IMG/VR virus record: IMGVR_UViG_3300025929_000013
Coordinates: 44,848 to 108,847 of that record
DNA: 64,000 bases
Strand: one strand, 5' to 3'
From: a virus
The notes under the pieces are model-generated. The model was not told the DNA's origin and searched no databases. It was given only the letters and a program-made list of their open reading frames with translations. Shown here in pieces: positions 53,883 to 63,688 of this stretch. Made by a program: the position numbers and the translations under genes. Position 1 is the stretch's first letter, and each line of letters begins with the position of its first letter.

Positions 53883-54302
53883 TCAGCGGTTCCAGGCGAC
53901 CATGTAGACGCTGGTGGTGAAGGTGGGCGTCCCGGTGCCGCCGACTGTGAAGCTCAGGCGCCCGCCGTTGAAGACGGGGCCGGAGGCGACGGCGGTGTAC
54001 GTGATCCCGGTGGCGTTGAGCGCGGTCGTGGTCAGGGCCGCGGTCCCGTTGTAGGTGGCGCCGCCGTCGATCGACTCCGCGTACGCGACGGTCAAGGTCG
54101 GCGAGGACCCGCCGGTCAGGGCGCTGATGTTCACCACCAGCTTGACCTTGCCGCCCACTGCCATGTACGGCAGGGTGAAATAGGCGGTGGTGTCGGTGAC
54201 GGTGATCGGCTGCGCGCTGACGAGCGTCTGGACCCACCCGTCGAGGTAGGCACCGACATTGCCGTCGACCGGAGCGGTGGACGAGGCGAGGGTGACGGCC
54301 AT
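53883..54302 (-). CDS. beta-sandwich virion-like protein
   Basis: Thr/Gly-rich beta-strand pattern; AAGGA RBS. Confidence 0.7.
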   Translation of the reverse strand: MAVTLASSTAPVDGNVGAYLDGWVQTLVSAQPITVTDTTAYFTLPYMAVGGKVKLVVNISALTGGSSPTLTVAYAESIDGGATYNGTAALTTTALNATGITYTAVASGPVFNGGRLSFTVGGTGTPTFTTSVYMVAWNR

Positions 54303-54531
54303 GGAGGCGTCCTTCCGTAGCGGTGTCCCGATGCGGCGAGCGGGCTACGGACAGGACTTAAGTGTTGGTCTCTGGGTGGTTCGATCCCAGGATAGACAAC
54401 GCATGGAGAAGTGGGTTAGGTGCGGGTTTGCAGCGACGCTGCGTGTGTGGTGGGATTGCCCAAGCCTCTTCTAGCGCTGGGGCGGATACCGAGATGCCAA
54501 CCTTTTAGTCGGGGTGCAGCACTCGGATGGC

Positions 54532-54567
54532 GTGGCCCCTCCCCGGTCTGAACATGGGAGGGGTCAT
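54532..54567 (-). terminator. hairpin immediately after the terminase stop
   Basis: GTGGCCCCTCCC/GGGAGGGGTCAT inverted repeat. Confidence 0.6.
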
Positions 54568-54569
54568 TG

Positions 54570-56159
54570 CTATCGGCGGAACAGGTCGCCGCTCTCCTCG
54601 ACCTCCGGCATCACGGCGTCGGCTGTGAGGGCGACCGCGTTGGCCAGGGAGTCCACGTAGTCGTCATGCGCCTCGGCCGCCTTCGGCGCCGCGACGATGA
54701 TGTTCGGGCCCTCATAGCGCAGCTCGGCGTCCTCCATCTGCGCCCTGAAACGTCGCCAGGTGCGCAGCCGCCGGGTCTTCGCGTGGCCCGGCCAGGCGAT
54801 ATTCCCCGAGGACATCAGGGCCATCAGGTGCTTCCAGCGCTTGGACTGGGCGCCGCGGTCGCTGGGCATGTCCACCACATCCACTCCGGGCAATAGGACG
54901 CGAAGGCGCGACGCGACGACGTCGCCGACGCCGCCGGAGTCGATCCCGACGGCCAGCACGCTGTAATTGGCGAGGAACTCGACGATCCGGAAATACTGGA
55001 CCTCCCAGTCCAGGCCCGTCAGGTCCAGCCAATTAAGCACACGGTGTTCGTAGGCTCCGAACTCATCAGGGTACGACCAGTTGACCCAGACGATCGTGAC
55101 GATCGTGCTGTCCTGCTTGCGCGCGCAGTCGATGCCGACCAGGCACGGGCTCTTGTGGTAGGACTGCACGACCTGCATGGACGTGTCGGAGAGCTCGTCC
55201 ATCTTCTCGCTGGTGGTGAACTGCCCCTGCTCCAGCAGCCAGAGCAGCCTATACGAGAGCTTAAATTCGTCACTGTCCTCGCCGATGCGCAGGATCTCCT
55301 TGGAGACGAATTTCTTGTAGTTGCCGTTGCTGCGGCTGACCAGCTTCCAGTCCGCTTCGAAGTGGTTGACCCGTCCGCGCCGGGAGCCCGCGGTGCGCTT
55401 GTTGTGCTGGATCTGGCGGTAAAACACCCCCTTGGTGTACGTGGGCGTCCCGGTCCACACCATCGTCGCGTTCGTAGACGCACCCATGGGTGTAATTGAC
55501 TTGTTCACCACGCGCTCGTCGGCGTCCTGGGCCTCGTCGATCAAGATCAAATGGTAGGTTCTTCCTTCGATCTTGGCCCGCGGGTGGCAGGTGGTCTTGC
55601 GCACCAGAGAGCCGGAGCGCAGCAGCCGCAGCTCGCGCCCCTTGACGATGACCTTCTCGTCGATCTCCGGGTCCGCCATGATCGCCATCGCGCGGTCCGA
55701 GGTCAGGCGCTCCACGATTCGGCCGAATAGGTTGTCTGCCTGTTCATCAACGGGGGCGAATGCTCCGACCCACATACCCTCGGCGAACTTCTCCAGCAGG
55801 TCGGGAAATACGATCGCGAGCAGCGGCAGCATGATCATGCACGCGGCAACCACATTAGCTACGGTCTCTGATTTTCCACTTTGGCGGCTGAACAGGGCGG
55901 TTATCGTCTCGCCGTCGCCGATGACGAGCGACTCGATCACGCGCCTGGCGAACACGACCTGGTAGGGGCGCAGCGGATGGCCGGACAGCTCATCTACCAC
56001 GATCAGCATGCGGGCCACGATGTGGTCGACGGCCTCGCGCGAGAGCGGGTCGAGCACGACCTCGGAGGCCATTCGGGCGGCGCGCTCGGCGAGAGTCTCG
56101 TCGGAGTACTCCTGCGCCATCCCCTCCAGAAGCGCCTCGTCCACCCCGTCTCCTCTCAA
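54570..56159 (-). CDS. terminase large subunit
   Basis: LRPYQ, SRQSGKS Walker A, ILIDEAQ Walker B, TGTP, GID...D and HDDYVDS nuclease motifs; start may be ATG 56120. Confidence 0.93.
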   Translation of the reverse strand: MRGDGVDEALLEGMAQEYSDETLAERAARMASEVVLDPLSREAVDHIVARMLIVVDELSGHPLRPYQVVFARRVIESLVIGDGETITALFSRQSGKSETVANVVAACMIMLPLLAIVFPDLLEKFAEGMWVGAFAPVDEQADNLFGRIVERLTSDRAMAIMADPEIDEKVIVKGRELRLLRSGSLVRKTTCHPRAKIEGRTYHLILIDEAQDADERVVNKSITPMGASTNATMVWTGTPTYTKGVFYRQIQHNKRTAGSRRGRVNHFEADWKLVSRSNGNYKKFVSKEILRIGEDSDEFKLSYRLLWLLEQGQFTTSEKMDELSDTSMQVVQSYHKSPCLVGIDCARKQDSTIVTIVWVNWSYPDEFGAYEHRVLNWLDLTGLDWEVQYFRIVEFLANYSVLAVGIDSGGVGDVVASRLRVLLPGVDVVDMPSDRGAQSKRWKHLMALMSSGNIAWPGHAKTRRLRTWRRFRAQMEDAELRYEGPNIIVAAPKAAEAHDDYVDSLANAVALTADAVMPEVEESGDLFRR

Positions 56160-56264
56160 GCCCCGGATATTCCGAGGCTATGAGCGGTTCCGGGAGGAGT
56201 GTTAGGGTCCCGCCCCGGCCGCTGAGCTGCGTATATACTCCAAGGACTCGGAGCTTGGAGGTAA

Positions 56265-56531
56265 TTGGTGATCACCGTGGAGTACGTGGACGACGGGACA
56301 CTGCCCGCTCTGCTCAAGCCACAGATCGTTGCTCAGATCCCCGAATACCCCGGAGTTGAGATGCACGTCATCCGCTTCGAGCCGCGCCCGGGTGATGTCG
56401 CGTATTGTTTTCGCCACTACTTCATCCGGGAAGAGCGATGGCAGGGCTCGTTCGCCACCACCATCGCCGCCGCCGGTGACCTCGGACAGGTGCTCTGCGA
56501 CAACGCGGTCTCCCCACGGCAGACCCTGTGA
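56265..56531 (+). CDS. hypothetical protein
   Basis: GGAGG RBS; first of a small plus-strand trio. Confidence 0.65.
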   Translation: MVITVEYVDDGTLPALLKPQIVAQIPEYPGVEMHVIRFEPRPGDVAYCFRHYFIREERWQGSFATTIAAAGDLGQVLCDNAVSPRQTL

Positions 56532-56773
56532 AGACCCCGTACGTCTACTGCGCCATGTGCGCGGTGCCCCTGGGCACCGGCCGTCAACGCGACATCTACT
56601 TCTGCGGCGACTACTGCAAGCTGTTCTGGCCGGGCCGCAAGCTCTACTACATGACCGACCGCGACGAGGTCGTCCGTTTCCTGTTCCACGGGGCGCAGTA
56701 CGACACGAGCGAGCTTGGATCCCTGTATGGACGCAGCCGACAGGCCATGGAAGCGATCATAAAGGGCAAGTAG
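56528..56773 (+). CDS. small zinc-finger-like protein
   Basis: CAMC...FCGDYC; GTGA overlap. Confidence 0.65.
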   Translation: MKTPYVYCAMCAVPLGTGRQRDIYFCGDYCKLFWPGRKLYYMTDRDEVVRFLFHGAQYDTSELGSLYGRSRQAMEAIIKGK

Positions 56774-56802
56774 TACCCTGGTAGTAACTAAGGGGAGGAA
56801 TC

Positions 56803-57012
56803 ATGGGACTGATCTTCGAGATCTTTCTCGCGTGGCGCGGCTTCCTGCTCGGCGCCGCCGCCAAGGAGCGTAGTGACGCGCGCGCCGCACGCAACCCCGG
56901 GCGTGAAAGCCTGCGCCGGGTGCTTACCCGGGTCGCCGGGATCGCCTTCGTGGTATGGCTGCTTGGCTTCCATGGCCTGCACATGATCGAGACCACGCTC
57001 AGCGGTCGCTAG
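56803..57012 (+). CDS. small membrane protein
   Basis: GGAGG RBS; hydrophobic segments. Confidence 0.65.
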   Translation: MGLIFEIFLAWRGFLLGAAAKERSDARAARNPGRESLRRVLTRVAGIAFVVWLLGFHGLHMIETTLSGR

Positions 57013-57242
57013 AGCTTCGCCTGCTTGAACTGGCGGCGCAGCCCCTCGGTCAGCGCCGCCTTCGCGCGTAGCCTCGCCTCGACCTCGTCGAGCGCGTGCG
57101 GGGAGTGACTGCGCTCGAACTCCTTCCACGCCGCGGTGAAGCCCATGATCTCCTGGCTCATCCAGGCCCGCATCGTGGGCTCGTCCATGCGCGACACCCG
57201 CCTGCGCATACGTGTATCGCGCAGGCCCTCCAGGATTCTCAC
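57009..57242 (-). CDS. hypothetical protein
   Basis: GTG 57242 overlapping the upstream stop. Confidence 0.6.
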   Translation of the reverse strand: MRILEGLRDTRMRRRVSRMDEPTMRAWMSQEIMGFTAAWKEFERSHSPHALDEVEARLRAKAALTEGLRRQFKQAKL

Positions 57243-57505
57243 GCGTTCTCCTCGATCAGGGTACGTACGTCGTGTTCGATGCGCTCGTGTCCGCGGAACC
57301 CGAGCGAGCGCATCGCCTGCTCCTCGTCGGTGAATCCGGTCTCGCGCCACCAGCCGAGCACCAGCGCCCAGCCGAACCCGAGGCGCAGCACCAGCGCCGC
57401 CGGGTCCGCGCGGTACGGCGGGTCCATGTCCTGGCAGCGCACCCGGTAGGCCAGGGGGAACCCGGGCAGCACCCGGGTCCACTGCACCAGCGGGCGCGGC
57501 CTCAC
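57239..57505 (-). CDS. hypothetical protein
   Basis: GTG 57505 after GGAGGA. Confidence 0.6.
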   Translation of the reverse strand: MRPRPLVQWTRVLPGFPLAYRVRCQDMDPPYRADPAALVLRLGFGWALVLGWWRETGFTDEEQAMRSLGFRGHERIEHDVRTLIEENA

Positions 57506-58089
57506 TCCTCCACCTGGAAGAAACGGGTGGGGCGGAACGCCTCGTCGACCGACGCGTAGGGGTAGGTGTCCAGCACGCGGTCGATGTAGCGGCCCGGGGA
57601 GTTGCTGCGCTGGAGGTTGCGCCACACGCTGCGCGGCACGTTGTAGTACTCGTAGACGGCCCCGTTCGGGAACATCTTGTCCGCGCCGACGCGAAAGCGG
57701 ATGCGCACGGTCTGGGAGCGCGAATCGTATCCGGCGGCCTCGGCGCGCGGACGGCGCGGGTTGCTCGGGCTCTCCGGGCGGTCCGGGTGCTTGAGCGTCC
57801 ACGAGGACTGGGCGCGCAGGTCCTGAGTGAACAGCGCCGTATCGTCGCCGCCGATCGCGTCGGCGAGCGCGTTGCGGGTGCGCTTGCGCTGGCGGTACTC
57901 GGCCCGCTCCTGCTCGCGCCCGACGATCTCCTGCTGGATCTCGACCGGGTAGCTGCGGATCTGGCGTCCCGTGCCCGGCGCCCCGAAGACGCCGGAGGCC
58001 ACATGCCGGTCGTACGCGGACGTCGCGATGCCCGAGCGCCGCGGTGACGGCGCCTTGATCTGCGGGATGCTGGGTCGGCGGCGCGGCAT
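57502..58089 (-). CDS. KTSC-domain protein
   Basis: AGYD..SQTVRIRF...GAVYEYYNVP..VWRNL..SNSPGRYI. Confidence 0.8.
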   Translation of the reverse strand: MPRRRPSIPQIKAPSPRRSGIATSAYDRHVASGVFGAPGTGRQIRSYPVEIQQEIVGREQERAEYRQRKRTRNALADAIGGDDTALFTQDLRAQSSWTLKHPDRPESPSNPRRPRAEAAGYDSRSQTVRIRFRVGADKMFPNGAVYEYYNVPRSVWRNLQRSNSPGRYIDRVLDTYPYASVDEAFRPTRFFQVEE

Positions 58090-58090
58090 G

Positions 58091-58258
58091 TCAGCCCGCC
58101 GTGATCCGCGCCCGGGTCGCCTCGTACCGCTTCCAGCACGCCGCGCAATAGTTGATCATCTCGTGCACACCGCCGCCGTCGGTCTGCGCGACGGCTTTCT
58201 CGTCCGGGTGGTTGGCGCACATCCCGAGCTCCGGCGCCGGGGCGCTGCGGCTGGCCAT
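58091..58258 (-). CDS. small Cys/His (B-box-like) protein
   Basis: CANHP...YCAAC. Confidence 0.6.
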   Translation of the reverse strand: MASRSAPAPELGMCANHPDEKAVAQTDGGGVHEMINYCAACWKRYEATRARITAG

Positions 58259-58313
58259 GACAGACCCCTTTCCTACGGTTGTTTCCACCGTAGGACGCCG
58301 TACGCCGGGGGTG

Positions 58314-58709
58314 TTACCCCATCGGCAGCGACACCAGCCCGCTCGCGCGCACCGGCTTGTACTCGGCGTCGCCGCTCACCGCGGACATCCGCGCGGCGTG
58401 CGCGCGCTCGACGATCTCGTTGAACCGGGTCAGGCCCAGCAGGACCGCGTCGCCGTACAGCTCCAGCACCGCGTGGGCGAACGCGACCGACGCGTCCTCG
58501 AAGCCCGCCAGGACGACCTCGTCGCTCGCACCGGCCTCCAGATCGGACAGCAGCTTCCACACCGCGCCGAGCAGCTCCTTGGTGTTCTCCGCGATCACCG
58601 CGGAGCGCTGCGTCAGAACGCTGACGGCGACTACCCGGTCGCGCAGGTCGACGGGCTCGATCCCGTACGCCGCGCAAAACTCCGCGGCCGAGTCCATCGG
58701 GTCGTTCAT
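58314..58709 (-). CDS. hypothetical protein
   Basis: GAGGAG RBS. Confidence 0.7.
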   Translation of the reverse strand: MNDPMDSAAEFCAAYGIEPVDLRDRVVAVSVLTQRSAVIAENTKELLGAVWKLLSDLEAGASDEVVLAGFEDASVAFAHAVLELYGDAVLLGLTRFNEIVERAHAARMSAVSGDAEYKPVRASGLVSLPMG

Positions 58710-58798
58710 GTGCGCTCCTCGGCTCGAACCGGCCCTGGTCCGAACCTAAGCCCGCCGCGGGCGCCTATATGAGGGCTACATGAGGACCCAAATGAGCT

Positions 58799-59263
58799 CT
58801 ACTCGACCGGCTCGGGCTCCTCGGCGTCATGCCCGCGGTTCTCCACCACCCGGCCGTTGATTTTCGCCAGTTCTTCGGGACTGAAGATCTCTTCTCGCCG
58901 GACTCTGTCGAGCAGGTCGGGGAACTCGCCGTAGAGCCAGATGAACTGCATAAGCGCATCGTTGCGCAGCGGGCCTGAGTGCTTGGCGACGACCTCCGAC
59001 CCGGCTGCGCGCAGTACTCTGCGGACATACGTGGTCTCGACGAGCCGCCCGTCCGGTGCCTCGGTGGGCGGATACTTGCGCCATTGCGCAACCTCCGCAC
59101 CCGCGAGGAACAGAGTGCGCATCCGGTCTTTGCACGCGGGACACAGCAGCGGTGCGAACGCTTGTGCGTTCAGGGCGACATAGGTCGCCTGGGTACCTGG
59201 TACCGGATTTTCACACTTTCGGCCGTCAGGAAACTTGCCTATACATCTGCCGAGAGGCTCCAT
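58799..59263 (-). CDS. divergent Lsr2-like protein
   Basis: TYVALNAQAFAPLLCPACKDRM...VRRVLRAAG.EV..HSGPL resembles the two Lsr2 domains. Confidence 0.45.
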   Translation of the reverse strand: MEPLGRCIGKFPDGRKCENPVPGTQATYVALNAQAFAPLLCPACKDRMRTLFLAGAEVAQWRKYPPTEAPDGRLVETTYVRRVLRAAGSEVVAKHSGPLRNDALMQFIWLYGEFPDLLDRVRREEIFSPEELAKINGRVVENRGHDAEEPEPVE

Positions 59264-59297
59264 CAACGCTCCAGGGTTGGATTCGAGATAGACGAGA

Positions 59298-59480
59298 CTA
59301 CCAAGTCGTCTGCGCGCCACCACCACCCTCCGGAGAATTCTCAGTGTCCGGTGCCCCAAGCAACCGCAGGCAGCGCGTGCAGACCGGGAGTTGAACCTCG
59401 CCGGTCGCCAGCAGCTCCAGGATCGCGCGAAGCAGCTCGGCGTCCTCGATGTCATCCCAAATGCCCGTCTCCTCCGCCAT
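59298..59480 (-). CDS. hypothetical protein
   Basis: AGGAGG RBS before ATG 59480. Confidence 0.5.
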   Translation of the reverse strand: MAEETGIWDDIEDAELLRAILELLATGEVQLPVCTRCLRLLGAPDTENSPEGGGGAQTTW

Positions 59481-59654
59481 CAGGCCTCCTCGTACGCGCG
59501 CTGTGACGTGATCACCCTGCCCTACGAACGCTTGAACACCGGCACGGTTCCCGCCCATTGGGCCATCCGAGTGACACCGCAGGAATCATTTCCATCTGCA
59601 CTTGCACCGGGATTACTTTCTGTGCGGGGAGACGTACGAAATCTGGGAGCTGAC

Positions 59655-60017
59655 ATGCCGAGAACCCGTCCGTGCGAGAGGTGCGGAATCGACTCCGACG
59701 TGGTGCGCGAACTCGAACGCGCATATGCGATGCAACTGTCCTGGCGCACCGTATGCGACAACTTGGACACCGAGCTGCACGGCGCCGCGGCGACCGTCAA
59801 ATATCTCAATACCCGCGGGTTCGCCCCGAGCCGCCGCATCCCGGGCACCTGGCTGCTGATCACCGATACCGGCGGTTTCGCGGTGCGCGTGCCGGAGCCG
59901 GACGCCGAGGACTGGGCCGAGACGATGGCCGACCTGGTCCTGGTGCTTGCCGTGCAGTACCGCAAGGGCGAGCTGGGCATCCTGGCCGACATCGAACGCT
60001 GCGGTGACGACGCATGA
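59655..60017 (+). CDS. hypothetical protein
   Basis: GGAG RBS, ATG 59655; first of a plus-strand operon. Confidence 0.65.
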   Translation: MPRTRPCERCGIDSDVVRELERAYAMQLSWRTVCDNLDTELHGAAATVKYLNTRGFAPSRRIPGTWLLITDTGGFAVRVPEPDAEDWAETMADLVLVLAVQYRKGELGILADIERCGDDA

Positions 60018-60283
60018 CCGACCGGTGCCCACACTGCGCGGCCAGCCTCATCGGAGACCCGATCCCCCAGGCGTCACGTGACCGCGGCTACCTGGGCGAC
60101 CGGACGCATTACCGGCGCGAGATCGGCATCGAGATCCGCGGGGTCTACGACGGAGTCCTGTACTGGCAGTGCCCCGACTGCGGACGGGCGTGGAACCGGT
60201 GGTCCCCGAAGGACGGCCACATCTACACCGCCGCCCAGGAACGCGTCGAGCGGGTGAACGCGCGCGTGGAGGAAGCCTTGTGA
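60014..60283 (+). CDS. zinc-ribbon protein
   Basis: CPHC...YDGVLYWQCPDCG. Confidence 0.75.
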   Translation: MTDRCPHCAASLIGDPIPQASRDRGYLGDRTHYRREIGIEIRGVYDGVLYWQCPDCGRAWNRWSPKDGHIYTAAQERVERVNARVEEAL

Positions 60284-60684
60284 GGCGCGCCGCCCAGCAC
60301 AAGGCGCGCGTCGTACGCCCCGCCGCGCCACCGGCGCCGGACGGGTACTGCGAGACCGTCCTGCGCATCTACAACCGCGCCGACAATTTCGACGGCCTGC
60401 TCTGGGCTTGCGGTCCCGGGGGCATCCGGTTCTTCGCCCGCTGCCCCAACCTCTTCCGCTGGGCCGACGAGGACGCCGAGCTGATCGGGCCGCACGACAT
60501 CGAGCTGCTGGAGCAGTGCCTGGCAGACCTCGGGCCGTGGACCGGCTTCCTGAGTGAACTGTTCACCGTGCGCAAGCGCGGCGCCCGGCCGCTGTGGATG
60601 TGGCTCGCGGAGAACCCCAACGTCGCGGACATCTTCGAGAAGGCTGTCCGCCCCGACAGTACGGAGCATGATGACCAAGTCTGA
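60280..60684 (+). CDS. hypothetical protein
   Basis: GTG 60280 overlapping the upstream stop. Confidence 0.65.
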   Translation: MRRAAQHKARVVRPAAPPAPDGYCETVLRIYNRADNFDGLLWACGPGGIRFFARCPNLFRWADEDAELIGPHDIELLEQCLADLGPWTGFLSELFTVRKRGARPLWMWLAENPNVADIFEKAVRPDSTEHDDQV

Positions 60685-60874
60685 GGAATTCGAGGCGGCC
60701 CAGCGCGCCCGGCTCGAAACCCCGCTGAGCGATGAAGAGCTCGACGAGTACCGCGACGAGGACGCCAGACGTGGAACGGACGACGTCGCTCCACCGCTGA
60801 CCAAACTCCAAGAGCAGCGGCGCCGCCTTCTGCGCTACATCGACGGCCTTCTCAAGCAGCTGGGGGAGAAGTGA
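60668..60874 (+). CDS. hypothetical protein
   Basis: GGAG before ATG. Confidence 0.6.
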   Translation: MMTKSEEFEAAQRARLETPLSDEELDEYRDEDARRGTDDVAPPLTKLQEQRRRLLRYIDGLLKQLGEK

Positions 60875-61623
60875 GCTTCAACCCGATCTCCGCCGCGGAG
60901 CTGGCCGACGTACGCCGGATCCTCGCGGACCCCGACCAGAAGGACGCCGCGTTCTTCCCGCGCGCGATCGTCGAGGGACTGCTCGGCGCGCTCGACGAGG
61001 ACCGCTCGCCGGACGACCTCGACCGCTTCATACGCGAGCAGGCCGAGAAAGACCCGGCGTTCGCCCAGGAGTACATGCGCCTGCACGCGGTCGCCCTGCT
61101 GCGCGCCGTGCGCGCACTGCACGAGCCCTACCGCTGCTCCGGCGACGAGGTCGACTACTGCGCGCATTGCAGCCGGATCGCCATCCACCCCGTGCGCTAC
61201 CCGTGCGACACGATCGCGGCGATCGGCGGCGAGGACGAGATGGACCACATGCTCGCCGCCAGCTCCTTCGGATCGCCGCGCGCCCGCGCGATCGCCGCGA
61301 TGACCCCGCCCGAGATCGAGGCGCACGTCGCCTACGCCCTGATGAACGGCGGCGTCCCGATGGACCTAAGGAGCGTCTACGCCGACCGGGAGGGCGCGTT
61401 GTGGATGTGCCAGGGCGTGTTCCAGTTCTGGGACGCGGACCGCTCGCAGATCCCGCTGATGGTCTCGCTCGACCAACACGGCGCCCCGCTCACCCTCGGC
61501 TCCCTGCTCCAGGGCCGCGGCCCGCTCACCGTCGTGCAGGACGGCGTCCCCACGGACCGCGCGAAGGCCTACGAGAACATGATGCGCAACGTGCGCCGGA
61601 TGCTGCGCCTGCCGGGGAACTGA
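60871..61623 (+). CDS. hypothetical protein with Cys/His motif
   Basis: LH.P..C...CAHC...YPCDT. Confidence 0.7.
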   Translation: MSFNPISAAELADVRRILADPDQKDAAFFPRAIVEGLLGALDEDRSPDDLDRFIREQAEKDPAFAQEYMRLHAVALLRAVRALHEPYRCSGDEVDYCAHCSRIAIHPVRYPCDTIAAIGGEDEMDHMLAASSFGSPRARAIAAMTPPEIEAHVAYALMNGGVPMDLRSVYADREGALWMCQGVFQFWDADRSQIPLMVSLDQHGAPLTLGSLLQGRGPLTVVQDGVPTDRAKAYENMMRNVRRMLRLPGN

Positions 61624-61624
61624 C

Positions 61625-61846
61625 GTGGACAAGGAACGCCTCACCTACGCCGTCGCAGTCGATCCCGCACTGCCGCCGAAGGACGTCGAAATACTCGTAG
61701 CCACCGTCCAGTCCCTGCACGGGGTCAAATTCGTGCGCAAGATCGAGCCGGTCGACGCCGCGGCGCTGGACAACGCCCGGAACGTGGCGGGCCTCCAGTG
61801 GCGCGGCGCGCTGGCGACCCTGCTCGCGAGCAAGGAGCTGCCCTGA
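61625..61846 (+). CDS. hypothetical protein
   Basis: Packed ORF. Confidence 0.6.
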   Translation: MDKERLTYAVAVDPALPPKDVEILVATVQSLHGVKFVRKIEPVDAAALDNARNVAGLQWRGALATLLASKELP

Positions 61847-62037
61847 TGTACGCGGAACACATGGCGCGCCTGGCGCGCGAGCGCGGCGACGAGAACAGCG
61901 CCAAGTACTGGGACTACGTCAAGGCCGTGGTCGACGGGTGTCCGCCGCTGAGCGACGAGCAGCGCTCCGCGCTCGCGGTCCTGCTGCGGCCCGTGCGCCT
62001 GACCGAGCGCGCCGTCCAGGGGGGAGGAAGCGGCTGA
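61846..62037 (+). CDS. hypothetical protein
   Basis: AAGGAG RBS, TGATG overlap; PPLSDEQRSALAVLLRP. Confidence 0.65.
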   Translation: MYAEHMARLARERGDENSAKYWDYVKAVVDGCPPLSDEQRSALAVLLRPVRLTERAVQGGGSG

Positions 62038-62339
62038 TGCACTATTTCGGCGAGAAGTGGGAACCGGCCGTGGACACGCTGACCGTCCCGGTCGCGACCC
62101 CCGTCGGCGCGCGCTGCGACACCTGCCGCACCCCTATATACGACGGCGACCGCGGCTACATCACCGGCGACATCACAACGACCCCCTACGGCAGCCTCGA
62201 CATCGACCACCGCGAGTGCGTGGTCATGCTCAGGGTCGGGCACGGGCACGGCGCCTGCGGATGCAACGGCCCGCGCGAACCCGAACAGATGCGCGCCGAC
62301 GCCGTCGAGCTCTGGGCACGCCTGTACCCGGGACACTAG
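62037..62339 (+). CDS. hypothetical Cys/His protein
   Basis: TGATG overlap; CDTC...HREC...GH..CGC. Confidence 0.7.
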   Translation: MHYFGEKWEPAVDTLTVPVATPVGARCDTCRTPIYDGDRGYITGDITTTPYGSLDIDHRECVVMLRVGHGHGACGCNGPREPEQMRADAVELWARLYPGH

Positions 62340-62581
62340 GTAAATTGTTTTCCAAGCGGGCCCCGCGGCAGGAACAAATATGCAGACCACGGGGCCCGCA
62401 AGCCGCCAAACGGGTGACACCGCGCCAGGGGCGCCGCTCTATGCGCCGATCCGCCGATTGCGCTAATCTCGCCGACGTGGCGCCCGATCAAGCGATCCTT
62501 CGCGGCATAATCGCCGCCCTGCGCAGGCTACGCCGGAAGCCGGGGCCGAATACTCCTGCCCCGGCTGGGTCTACGACCCCC

Positions 62582-62929
62582 CTACGCGGCGGCGGGCTGA
62601 CCGTATCCGAGCTGGCGAAGGGTCCTGGGCCGTCGGAAGCCCACCATCCCCTCCAGCACCGGCACCACGCTGGTCTCCATCACCCGCGTCGGCCGGTCCC
62701 AGCCGACCGCCACCATGCCTGCCTTCACCGCGGCGTTGGCGAGACCACCCGCCTCAAGGAAGTCCACGCACAGGACGTCTGCGGAGATGCACACGCGTCC
62801 CGGCGTGGGCGGCTCCACCTGGAACGCGCCCAAGTGCTTGTTCTTCCCCAACGCCTCTTCCATCGTGGTCACGAACCCGCGGGGGGCATGCCCGCTGAAT
62901 TCGATGATCGTGACCGTGGCGAACCTCAC
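62582..62929 (-). CDS. hypothetical protein
   Basis: GGAGGT RBS before GTG. Confidence 0.6.
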   Translation of the reverse strand: MRFATVTIIEFSGHAPRGFVTTMEEALGKNKHLGAFQVEPPTPGRVCISADVLCVDFLEAGGLANAAVKAGMVAVGWDRPTRVMETSVVPVLEGMVGFRRPRTLRQLGYGQPAAA

Positions 62930-63225
62930 GGCACCTCCAATATTCTCAAGCGGATCTCCGTCGCGCGCCGCAGAAGCGGGGCCTGCCCGAGCCCAGCCTG
63001 AAGCGCACAGCTTATTTCCAGGTACGTCCCGAACGCACTGCTACCCATGCATGCGAGCGAAACGTCCACGTCACCGGTGTCGGGCACGATCTGGGTCTCC
63101 CGAATACCGGCGACACCCGCCAACGCCGCACGAAGCAGCGCGACGTCTTCCAAGGACGGGCACAGCAGCCCGCCCGGCGTGTACAGCCGCATCCCCACGG
63201 CGTACAGCCTCCCCTGCCCAGTCAC
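62926..63225 (-). CDS. hypothetical protein
   Basis: Overlaps the next start; protein-like. Confidence 0.5.
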   Translation of the reverse strand: MTGQGRLYAVGMRLYTPGGLLCPSLEDVALLRAALAGVAGIRETQIVPDTGDVDVSLACMGSSAFGTYLEISCALQAGLGQAPLLRRATEIRLRILEVP

Positions 63226-63688
63226 CCCGCGGGCGTGAAAACGCGCCGCACACCGCGTCTGACCCTGACGCGGGCCCTATGACTGTTCCAGGGCATACCA
63301 AACCCCCTTGCATCGCGCCCGATGCTGGCACCGGGCTACTCAACTAACGCCGCAACCGTTAGCACGTGCAAGATTACTCGCTCCTGACGCTCTGTCGAGT
63401 AGTTGGAGGACTCTGGTGGGCCCGCATTCTGTAACTTGCACTGTGATGTTCGCAGAACCCTCCCAAAAGAACATGTTCCAGGGCAACTCCGGCCCCCAAA
63501 AGGCGCTCTAGCGCTATGTCGACTATTACAATGCGCTATCGTCGCAGGTCAGAAGCCATTCGCACCCGTATTTAGGGCTACTGAGGTACTGAAAACCGCC
63601 GTGGGGTACTGATTTTTGGTGCACCCAGGGCACATTTGTGGGAGTTGCCAGGCCCCCGGCCCCGCATGATCATTTTTAAAGGTGGGGG

